Positions 52,283 through 64,000 of a stretch of 64,000 bases of DNA are shown piece by piece. Source of the DNA: Chrysomallon squamiferum (lineage: Eukaryota; Animalia; Mollusca); assembly GCA_012295275.1 (NCBI GenBank), contig CM022673.1:16368001-16432000 (forward strand). Reading direction: 5' to 3'. Position 1 is the stretch's first letter, and each line of letters begins with the position of its first letter. Under the pieces are notes generated by a model. It ran no database searches and had not been told where the DNA came from. It saw only the letters and a list, made by a program, of their open reading frames with translations. Position numbers and translations under genes: made by a program.

Positions 52283-55200
52283 GATTTGTGTTTGTGCAAA
52301 AATGTAAAATATTTCATAGTTAAATTTAAATATTGTTATTGAAACAAAACAGTTAAAAAAGATTGTTGCTTGATTTAAAGGTTATAGATATATAACTATG
52401 TAAGTGCTAAAATTTTATCTTCAAATAAAATTTATATAGAGATATCACTAGATTTGCCATTCAGACTATTAGACATGATACAAAAATGTATCACATAGAT
52501 CTTCCACTGTTTTGCTTTTATTTTGTTAAATGTTTGATGTTTTTTGTTGTTTTTTTAAATTATTCTTGTTAGTATATTTTATCTTCAATAATATTATTAG
52601 TTTTGACATTTTGAAAAGCTGAAATTGAAATTAGTTTGAAAATAATTTTATTTTCACCTTTTTAAAATTGTGTAAATTTACTAAAAGAGATGTTTTTAAT
52701 GATTTGTCATTTTTAATTTTATTAATTTATTTTTAAGTTAATTTTTAAAACATGATTTTTATTTTATTCTTTATTGTATATATAAAACTCAAAATGCTTT
52801 TATTGTTTAGTAAGCAAAATATTTATATAAAATTATCATGAAGATGTATATAAAAGGAAAATTAATTTAAATTTTCTAAAAATATATTTATTATTTGTAA
52901 TATTTATTTGAAACTATTTGTTAAAAGATAAAATTACAGTGCACTTTTTGTTTTGTATTTAAATAAACAAAACTGTTAGAACTTTTGACAACAAGCACGA
53001 ATTAACAGTTGTTTGAATAAGCCTGTCAAAATTTCCTTTATTATGAATAATATAAAAAGGTGTAAATATATATATTTATGTACATAATTATTATATTGTA
53101 TATACACTTGTACATTCCACCTGCTCATGTGATAAGTATATATGTTAAATATAGATAGATAAATATTTAACATGCAAAGCACAAACTGAGATAACTGTGA
53201 AAATTATTTAACACCTTTTACAAACACTGATTGTAGAGAATAGAAAATTTGGAAATCATCCATTCTTATTTGGAGGTTTATTTTTAGCTCTGTTATAGAT
53301 AATATTTGATCACTCATGCATTTTGAAAAATAATGTAGGACTGTTAGAACTGAGTACCAATATATTTCAGTAATGAAGAGTTATTCCCCTTCTGAAATAC
53401 TTCATTATAAATCATGTTGAACAATTTGTAATTAAAAATTCTTATGCTAAAAAAGGAATTCATTACTACAGTCAAGTGTAGATTAAAATTATTATTATTA
53501 TTATTATTTAAATATATACAAATTTAGCAACACACTCATTCATTTTCTATTTGTCTTGGGTTTCACAATTTAAACTATTTCATAGACAACAGAATGGTTG
53601 TAAAGAAATTTTAATATAATTATTTATAAGGCAAGGTACAAAAAAAAATTAATAATAATAAAAATAAAAATAATAAGCATTAATAATAATAAAAAAAAAA
53701 AAAAAAAAAAACAACAAAACAAACAAACAAACAAACAGATAAATTAAAAATTAAACAAACAAAAATTAAATTAATATACAAGTAAACAAGTAATTATAAT
53801 AATAGTAACAATAATAATAAATTACAAAATTTTGTTTTTTTGATTAAACTTTTGTAATGAATTACTGATTTTTCATAATAATAATTATAAAACAAAAATA
53901 AATGAAGTTATATTTGTGAAAAAAATCATGAATGAGTAAAACCCACCATTTTATAACAAATAGCTTTTATGTAAGGATTTAATGAAAACAAATATGATAA
54001 TAATAATTGTCTTTTTGATATTTAACACAAAAATTTTAAATATCAAAGTATTTATATTTGTTCCTACTTTTTATTATTTTTATTATTATTTTTACTTGTT
54101 TTGTTTGTTTGTTTTTGTTTATTCATTTGCTTATTTGTTTATTTATAGTGCAATGTTTTATTTTTGAAATTTTAGTCATTACAATTTTCTTCAAAGATTT
54201 TATAAAAATAATTTATCTCTTCAGTTATGTTTTCTTAATTATTTTTCTATGTATGTTTGGTGGGGGATTTGGTCATTTTTAACAAAGTTATTGTGGCATA
54301 TATTTTGGTTAATATTAAATTTATCACATTTTCTTATTTCTTTTACATATGGATATATTTTTATTTTCATTTTGTTTCCCCTTATGATATAACAGTACCT
54401 AATACAAATGTACACATATTTGGTAATAACAGTTAAATCAGAATATCAGTTTAATCTGTACAGTTGTGATATATTGTTTTACTTGTTATGTACAGATAGT
54501 AATGTGGCTTTATGTACATATATAGATAATTATGACCATATGTATGAATAAGTATGTTTGTGTATATTAGTGAGCATGTGTGATGTCCTGACCTCAGATG
54601 GAGCATGCCCAGACTACTAGAATGAAGTGTATATAGGATATATAATTAACTCATCAAAGTTCTGTATTTGGTTTGGAGCTTTTAGCTTGAAAACAATTTT
54701 ATTATGACACTTTTCAATCAAGTTTCGAAGCAAAAATACTTTGTCATTGACATAGTTTGAGTTGTCATCATTAGTAATCAATTATGAGTGTACTAGATCC
54801 AAACAGAACAGTCTACTTACTAAAGAAAAATTAAATTTCATTTTTTTTTTTTAACCCATTATACTGTTTGGTTTTGTTTTTCAGATAGTGATAAATGTTT
54901 TTCTGCTTTAGTTGTCAGTACGAAGAAGAAGAAAAAACGATCAGTTTCAAATAAATTAATGAAGGAAGGAATACTTTTATTCAACCTATGACTTCCATAC
55001 CAAATAGAGAGCGTATCTTGATGAATTATCTAAGCCAAACTTCCAGTACCAAGGTCAAAAATAAAAATAAAATATGATTTCACTTGTACATACTATGTGA
55101 AATTAATATCAGCTACTAAGCTTACTATTCTGCACTGATTTAAATTATATATATATATATATATATTTCTTAATAAACACATCACAATATGAATTTATTA

Positions 55201-55588
55201 CCTTTTTTCTTTCAATATTATTATTAGTTACAGTTCTGAAAATAAATATCACATACAAATCCGAATTTGTTATTATTTCTGTAATGTACTTTTATACAAC
55301 TTGATCAATAATTCATGGTTCTCCAACAGTTGTCTTTCTTTACTACCTGTTCTGTGAGAGTTCTCATTCTTTAACATACCTGTTCCCTGAGTTACCTTTC
55401 TTTAATACCAATTCTCCAAAAAGTATTTCTCTTTCAAGACTAGCTAAGTTCATAATACATGCTTTTTGTGAGATAATGGAAATAAATGATTTGCTGCTAA
55501 GCAATACAACAAATTGACAACACAGATACAACTATTACAAACACATGATAAATAAATAACAAAACTTAAATTTTCTTTTTACACAATT

Positions 55589-55594
55589 TTTATT
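55589..55594 (-). terminator. candidate poly(A) signal of the minus-strand gene (about 5.8-kb 3' UTR)
   Basis: Minus-strand AATAAA followed by a GT/T-rich tract, near the end of a strand-skewed UTR-like region. Confidence 0.25.
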
Positions 55595-58500
55595 GATGAA
55601 TTTTTTTTTTTTATGTTGTCTTTCTTATGTCAAAGTGTGGTTTGACCTAGTATATACATTTCCTGTTAAAAAGTAGAAAACCATTGTATGGTATTACAGG
55701 ATTTACAACAATTTTAGAAAAATGGCAGTGATTCATAATAACAATAACAATATAAAAAAACAGTTCTCTGACACTGTTAAACCAGTAATGAAATTTTGGT
55801 GATATGATGTAACATCAGTGATCATAATTTAGGTGAAATCTATTTATTGGGAAACAAAAAAATAAAAAAAAATAATTTAAAACTAATTAGATTAAAAATA
55901 TGAATAAATGTATAAAGGAAAAAATAAGCATTATCATATTAAAATTATTACAAATTAAAAGTAAGTGAATTGATTCTAATCTTTTTTCCTTTTTTTTTTT
56001 TGTAATCTAGCATTTTTTTGGTTACATTTAAGTGATGTATATCCTTTTAGTTGTTCTTTTAAAAAATAAAATACATTGGGGAAAAAAAAGAAAAAAGGAG
56101 TAATATAAAACATTATGAAATGCTACTGAATTACAAATACAAACACTGCTGCCTGTGAATATACTTTGTTTCACAAAGAACAAGAAATCTTTACAGCAAT
56201 TTTACATCAAAATCAAACAAATTTATTGTCTGTGATTTGATACAAAAACACATACAGACAAGCTAAAAAGTATGGCAAATTAAAATTATATAAATGAAAA
56301 ACTACAGCAACAACATGTAAAGATTATAATTATGATATTGGACAGTTTTCAGTGTTTTTCTGTACATTGATGTATTCTAATAACAGAAAAAAAAAATGGC
56401 ATTAACAACATAAAATGATTACATGACACTGGATAAATTAAATCATAATTATCAGTGTTTTCTAAAAAATTAACCTTTTTTAATTAGTTATTTCCATTTT
56501 ACAGCAATATTATATACAAAAAGTTAATTACAAAAATTACCATTCAGATAACAATACTACTTATATTAGTAGTGGTGTACAATAAATTACTTAATATACA
56601 TATTCTAAAATCATAAATATTTTGAGTTTTGATGTACTAAACCAGAAAATTTATGAATTAAGGAACTGTTACCATTTTTTAATTATCGTATCTATTGCAT
56701 TTTTTCAGCTGGTAAAAATATTTTAGTCCTTTATAAAAAAAAGGTTCTAATAAGAAATATATTTGATGCACTGATTTACTATATAATAAACATATATTAG
56801 AAAACAAAAATTCAGAAGATCCAACCTTTTCCTAGTAATTATTTATTTTTAAAGCAAACAGTTATTTAAATTTTTCAAACACTATGTAACAAAACATTAT
56901 CAGAGAATAGACAACTAAATTACTAAATTTTGTAATAAAGACTGCAAAATCTTCATTCATATGAACATATTTAAAAAAAATTAAATTTAAAACAAAGCTT
57001 ATTTCATCACTGTATTTAATATTGCGCATGATTCAGTTTGAAAAATCAGAAAAGTTTAACAATAATTCCAAAATGTTATGTTTGAAATTTGTTATTGCAA
57101 GTATGAAGATAAAAATACAAATGGCAGTATTTCAAACAAATCAGTTGAATAAAATGCTCAAATCAATGCTATATCAAATGAATGATTATATTTTCAAATA
57201 AACAAAAATTAAAATTAAAATTTAAAAAACAGTAATATTATTAAGTCTCAACAGTTCTAACAATTAGTATTGCAATACAATATATTTGGATTCTAAAACC
57301 ATTTTTAATTTTTTTTTTTTCTTCTCTAGCTTTAACACAAATAGATAAATCAGCCAAAATTTGAATGCATTATTTCTAAATTCACTAACAAGATTCTGCT
57401 ATGCCTGTAAAAAAACCCCAAAATTTCTGTACCAAATTAATGAATATAAGTAACCAAATTAAACATATTAAACTGAGTAGACATGATCCTAACTGCCACA
57501 ATAACAGTGACAACTGGAACAAAAATTCAGATATTGGTAATTAGTGGATAGTGAAATCACATGAAAAAGAAGCATTTGTTTGAATATTTTGTTATGAATC
57601 CTAGAAAACAGTCCAAAATATATAATAAATTTGTTCACATTTATTGTTTAATATTTTTCTAAATGTTGTAATAAAAACTAAGGTAATGCTGTTAGTATTG
57701 TGAAAGTGAAAATGCTAAATTTAACTGAAGTTAATGGTTTTAAAACATCAGTTAGTTAAATACATACACAAACATTATAAAACATTTTAAATTTTTTTTT
57801 AAAATAATGATTACCAAACATTAAATGTTAATACAGTCTGCAAAAATAAAAAGCAAACTAAATAAATATATTAAACTAAATTTGAAAAAAAAAAAAATGA
57901 ACTTCACAGACAACCGATATATGGCTAATGCACTACATTAAAGATGTGGTGGTATGAAAAAACAAAGTAAAAATCCAGCTGAACACACGATGGATGTTTA
58001 GCACATTAAAATGAGATCTTTTTTCAAGCACCAACATCACTGGGCATTATGAATATTCACAATTCATAACTGCTATAATCCACACAATCAGTACTGCAGA
58101 AATTTGGAATCATTTCACAAAAATAACATGGCAATACTGATTTGTTAATTCAGAGAAAGTGCTCTGCAGTCCACCGATTTTCTGATATATGTATCAGAAC
58201 AAGACTGAGCAGTTTGGAATTTAAAAAAATAAAAAAATAAAAAGAATTTCTCTCTCTCTGAAGTTATGTTTATATTAACATCCAATATATATATTATTAT
58301 TTTTGCAACTGTAACATAGAACTCAAATATTTAATTTATTTAAATCAACAAAGCAGTCTGTAGGTTTGCTCAACTTCTTAAATCAAAGCTAAAATCTAGC
58401 TTAATTTTAAAACAAATTTTCTCATTTTCCTGATTAAATTTTCTCATTTTAGAAAGACAGTTTTAATAACAATCAGTTGGTAAGGATATATTATTCAACA

Positions 58501-61429
58501 ATTAAATTTATAAAAAAAAAAAATATATATATATATATATTTTTTTAACCAGGCTTTAACATTTATTATTGAACCACCATTTACAACATTTTTAGATCGT
58601 ATTTTTGTATCACTACAATTAAAAAGGCATGGATTGTACCAAATTCAAAATTAATAATAAAAATAAATACATCTATTATTTCTTCTTTTTAAACTTTTTT
58701 TTTTCATAATCATATCCTGAGTGCAGATGTCAGAGAGAGATATATATTTACATGTTTAGAATTTACGGAGCATTAAAATACACATATCACACTGGAATGT
58801 CAGCTACATGGGATGACCAAACGACTCATCTGGATTATTCCAAGTATCACAATTTAGCAAACCTCAATCAGCAGAATGACTGCCTTAAAGAATATGCTGC
58901 CTGGCTATGTTAAAACAATAAAAATTGTATTTCTTGAAATGTCTCTCCAGCTTCATAAACATTCACAATTTCTGCCATCCAAAACAGTCACCATTTACAT
59001 ACAAAAAAAAAAAAAAAAAAAAAAAATTAACAAAATAATAATAATACAAAATAACAAAAATAAATAAATAAAAATAAAAAACAAATAAATAGTGGTTAAA
59101 ATTTTTTTAACAAAATAATATTAAAAAAGTTAGTTCCACAGGTGTAAATGTGCGCACTTGTATATTTAAAAGAAATATATATGTACAACAACATTAAAGA
59201 AACAAAATTAATAAAAATTATAAAAGCAAGAATATTTAAAAAGGCACCATATTAAATAAATGCACCAGTGTTAGAATTACAATACATGAATAACATTACA
59301 TTTCAAATGGCCACAGACATTTTTGAATCACCAAAAAAAAAAAAAAAATAATAATAATAATAAAAAAAAACAATCATGCTTATTCAATCTTGTTTTAGTA
59401 ACACAAAAACAGTAATAGAAGATTATAAACCATGATTTAAAACAAGAAAATAATAATAATAATAAAAATCTCTTGCCATGACCATTATAATTTTGTGGCA
59501 GTGAAATTTATTATGCTTTAAAATGACAATGAAAATGAAAATGAAAATAAAGCCTGGAATTTATGTTTTTCTCCTTAGTTACTTACATTTTGTTTAAAAC
59601 CTGTTATAGATTTTTTTTTTGTTTATCTTAAAATTCAGATTTTTGTTTTATTCACGGAATGTCAAGATATTAATTAACAGCCAGAGTGAATAAATAGATA
59701 CTTAATACTTTCAAGTCTGTGTATCAAACAGTATTATATTTAGATTAATAAAGGTAGAACTCTTCTCTGTGAGAAAAGATTGAGCCAAGTTTCAGAAAAG
59801 CCTGCATAGACTTCTGCTGTTTTCATCATTTTCAGTTTTTTTATTGTTGGATGACATTTTTTAATATATATTAAAAAATATAAAAATTAATAAATTTTAT
59901 TATTATTATTTTTTTACGTTTATAGTGATTAAAGATACAAAATCAATGACCTTTTAAGAAAAAGTATATATATATACACATAAAAACACACACATACACA
60001 CGAGTTATGTGTTATTAAAAAAACTGCAAAAAAATAAGAGTGACCTTGTCAAGAAACAAGTTTTATAAACCATCTTTTGTTTATAATTGACCGTTAAATG
60101 TTATTCTGCATACCTGACAATGGCACAGGTACACATACTTAACAAGTCAGTGTTTGACACATGCACAAGAGAAATATTTCTGTTAATTTAAAACTTAAAA
60201 GGGAGAAACAGTTTGCCTCAAAAAATTCCGAAAAAATTTAATAAGCTTTTAAAACTAAAACAACAAACTATAGGTTAATTGAAATAATACAAATATGTTT
60301 TGTTGTTGTTGTCTTTTTGAAGAATATAAATGAAGGGTTAAAGTGATATTTTATTATAACAATCTTATTGTGAATGTTCTAGGTTTTCATTTAAGATCAA
60401 TGTTTGCTAATTTTTATTTCTTATTTTTTCTTTTTTTTTCTTTTTTTTCTCTTTTTATAAAAGATTCTGATCATAAATTTTATCATTAATTTGTAAGCTT
60501 TACAACAATTTAAAAAAAAAAAAGAGGATAAATTCAAATTAGTCTACAAAATTAAAATTTTGATTTAGTTAGTAAAAGAGAACTTCCAAAAGCAATGTCA
60601 GCTTATTTTTTATATTTATTTATTTATTTTTGTTTTGTTTGGAAGCTAAAAGAATAATACATACAAAATATTATAAACTTAGTAAAGAAGGAAAAAAAAA
60701 GCACTGATTAAGCAAAATATTATAAAATGCACCAATATGACCATTTCAGAGAAAACAAAGATTTAACATGAAAAATGCACCACAACTTGGTTTACGAAAC
60801 CCAGCCTCAAAAATCTCAAAATTTCAGCTTTACAGTAACAAAACTGTTTTTCTTTCATAGAAAATAAACTTTAGTTGTTACATTAAAAATTTAATTAAAA
60901 AAATTTAAGTATTTTTCAGTCTCAGTAATAAATTTATTCAGTTTTGATTACAAAAGAATTTAAAATTTAATATAATAATATTGATATTTTCTATCAAAGT
61001 AATTATATAAAATTTACACCCAATTATCTTGCTAATATTTGAAAGATATGCATATATCAAATCCCTGTCTAGTGCATGGAAAAATTTCTAAACTCTTAAA
61101 ATAATGGAATCTAATAAGTTGGTATTTTTTTCAAACATTTGATAAGTGTTATGAAATTTGGCTTTTTTAAGGAAAAGAAATCAAATTACATAGGTATTGC
61201 TAAAATAATATCAGTTAAGTCAAAAGCAATAAATAAAACATCCAAAATCCATTTTTACAAGTAACTTTCTCTATCTTTACAATTTCATTCTTTTTTCAAA
61301 ACATAAAATCTTATCTTTTGTGCCATATTCATTTGTTAAACTTTTATCTGTAAGAAATGCAAAATAAAGTTTCTCTTTTGTTTTGAAGCAAAGTAAAAAA
61401 TTTGAGAAACTCAAAAAAGAAATGTATTA

Positions 61430-61575
61430 TTATCTTGCAAACAGTGTTCTTGCTGGTGATGTTACGTTGATCAAGCTGTTTCCTAAATTGGACGGAGAAG
61501 AGGTTCCTAGCAGAACAGGACTAGAACTGTACAGGTGGGCTGGTCTCTGACTGGCTGGGTTCGAACCAAATAAAC
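61430..61575 (-). CDS. terminal exon of the minus-strand gene: (G)LFGSNPASQRPAHLYSSSPVLLGTSSPSNLGNSLINVTSPARTLFAR*
   Basis: tgttttttAG acceptor, phase matches the upstream exon, ends TAA TAA; Ser/Pro-rich disordered tail; family not recognised. Confidence 0.8.
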
Positions 61576-63226
61576 CTAAAAAACAATATGTTTATTAGAA
61601 TTTAATTTATACATTGTACTGCTAATACATTCATAAATAAATTTGAATTTATATAAACTTGTAAAATAATACATTAGAAAGTTATTATTTATTTATAAAC
61701 TTAAATAAAATTATAAAAACATTATTAAAATATTTTATTTTATTTTATTTTTGAGTGGACCATTCAAGTAAGTCTGTTATAAAAGTATTCATTTTAAATA
61801 ATTTAAAAAAAACAATTTATAAATTAAAATTTTATACATTAACTTTTTAAAAAAAAACTTTCTTTCTCTAAAACATCTCAACAGTTCAATAATTATTTAT
61901 AAAATTTTATTGTATTTTTTTCAACATTCTGAATAAATGATGATCTTGAAATATCACGAATATGGTGTATAAATGCTCCCATATTATATTCAAAATATAT
62001 ATGGAATTAATGTTTCACACTGTGAACTTTTTCTTTTACTTTTTAAGAATTATAATACAAATGACAAATTACAGAATATAATTGCAAAAAAAAAGAGAAA
62101 AATTCCATAAACATATCTAATGCCTATAAAATACCAAAAATAAATGTACCATTGTCTTGAATATACAAAAAATAAAATGACTACATAAATTATCTGTTCC
62201 TTACACTTTCAACATACATGCACAATTATCAATTAACTTCTGCAAATACATTTGCAAAAATGAGAGTAACTAGAAAACTCAACAAGTAAAAATGTGTCTA
62301 TTGTGGTCTAAAAACAGACTGAATACATTACAAATAGTTTCAAGCAACTGAGCACTGTATGAGTTACTATACTTATTCATAATAATTATTTTTTTTTTTT
62401 TTTTTTTTTTTTTTAAACATTTTGTGGGAAATGATAATTGCAAAACAAAAAACAACAAAAAAAAACAACAAAAAATCCAGCTATCAGAACAAGGTTCTTA
62501 TATTACTGTCATAATTTAATATCAGCAAAAATGTTCTAGTAACAAATACTGTACCTGAAAGAAAACATACTTGTATGTAGTCTGTCCATACCACCATAAG
62601 TACACTTTCTTTCATTTAATATCCATAATGAAAATTGTCACAAGACAACATATAAAAGCATCTTCAGTGAAATATTTCAATAAAGAAATACATTTTATTT
62701 TTTGTTTTCTTTTCCTGATAAAATAGCATTTTCATTTACTCTGACACTTTTTTAATGTCAGTTTTTGAAATATATTTAAATTTGTTTAAAGTTTCCAAAA
62801 ATGGGGGTTATTCATATATATTTATATATATACACAGTAGAATCTACTTGACAGCATAGTTTATTAACTGTCTCAGTATTTTTTTTTCAATAAAAATGTA
62901 TTTAATAAAAATGAGTTAATTTCATTTGAATGAATTTTAGTGTTTGGGACAATTTAAAAAAAATATGTTGGAGACAAAATTAGAACCTTGAAAATCTGTT
63001 TTATTTATGTTTATGTGAAATGATATACACATTCAGGCATGTGCAAGTATATACATATATATATGTACATACAAACACATACAAATACACACACACACAT
63101 ACACTGTTACATACATATGTCTGTATACAAATATACAACATGAATGTATACAAACAGATATGCACACACGCATTCAAATAATACAAACACATACACACAG
63201 AGATTCATGTAACAGATATGCAAACA

Positions 63227-63227
<1 letters not shown>

Positions 63228-63270
<43 letters not shown>
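63228..63270. repeat. (CA)n microsatellite
   Basis: Directly visible. Confidence 0.98.
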
Positions 63271-63272
<2 letters not shown>

Positions 63273-63471
63273 TATGGACAACAGATGTATTTTTTCACAA
63301 CATAAATAAACCAGCACAGTTTAGCTCTTGTAAAAACAACGTGTGGCTAAGTGGACTCTACTGTGTTTGGTGAGTTTTACTTTTGGCCCCCGATGCTGTA
63401 AAGGGCACATAAAGTTGAGTACCAAGCGGATGTGTGATACTCCGACCGAGCCTGCTAGGACGTGATGGTAC

Positions 63472-63601
63472 CTGATGACATCGTGTAAGGCACGGGGGAG
63501 CCTGACGACTGCATGAGAGGCGAGTTCAAGCTGACAGAGATGGAGGAAGTGGTGTTGTCAATTCCAAAATCGGACACAAGGTCCTCATCCCAGAGACCAT
63601 T
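63472..63601 (-). CDS. penultimate exon of an unidentified minus-strand gene: NGLWDEDLVSDFGIDNTTSSISVSLNSPLMQSSGSPVPYTMSS
   Basis: Minus-strand tttatttAG acceptor at 63602-63603, only one open frame, CAG|gtacca donor (phase 1), GC-rich. Confidence 0.8.
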
Positions 63602-64000
63602 CTAAATAAAAAAATAAAAATAAAAATAAAAAATAATAGTAATAATTCTTTTTCCTTTTTCAGTTATTAAAGTATTTTTTAATGGGACAGTAACAAAGGT
63701 TGCTTTTGTGATTAAAATTTATCGACTCCAAGATGTTTTTGTATATGATAAAATAACACTTAAAAGTAAATTAAAAATTAATTTTATTTATCATCTGTTG
63801 CATTCACTTGGCTAATTAATTAACATGAACATCGGTGTAAACTGTTTTGTGATTAATTTATATGCTCCCAAAATATTAAATACACACAGTGGCAGATTAA
63901 ATGTTTTATTAATATCTAATGATTTTACAAATAACCAGTGCCACAATTTTCTAAGCAAAACTGTACATAAAATACATAGCAAAATAATACTAGGTCATTT

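Noticed and set aside
336-63298. Most ORFs in the supplied six-frame track (poly-I/L/N/K, HTHT, ERER, YCIV repeats)
   Set aside because: They are translations of microsatellites, homopolymers and AT-rich DNA. Only 23232, 43829, 44960 and 48487 overlap real exons in frame.

Overview
This is very AT-rich, microsatellite-dense animal genomic DNA. The repeat types look mollusc-like, which is an inference. Almost all ORFs in the supplied track are spurious low-complexity frames. Manual splicing recovers an 11-exon, phase-consistent, plus-strand STAC-family (Stac/Dstac-like) Ca-channel adaptor gene at 23226-49559 (456 aa from exon 23226). It has the DPVY linker motif and C-terminal tandem SH3 domains, but no C1 domain is visible in the window. 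Its notable architecture includes: four tandem paralogous linker exons (RKKLxxxM[KR]SxSL[DE]), the first three frame-symmetric; two or three candidate alternative terminal exons giving SH3-less isoforms, one Cys/His-rich and one ending in a PDZ-ligand-like SFF; a recursive-splice-like AG|GTAAGG at the DPVY exon; and candidate alternative first exons plus a 14-nt microexon. The last two exons of an unidentified convergent minus-strand gene with a Ser/Pro-rich C-terminus lie at 61430-63601. Introns hold minisatellites, a ~300-bp tandem duplication, tRNA-SINE-like remnants and a Tigger/pogo-like MITE remnant.
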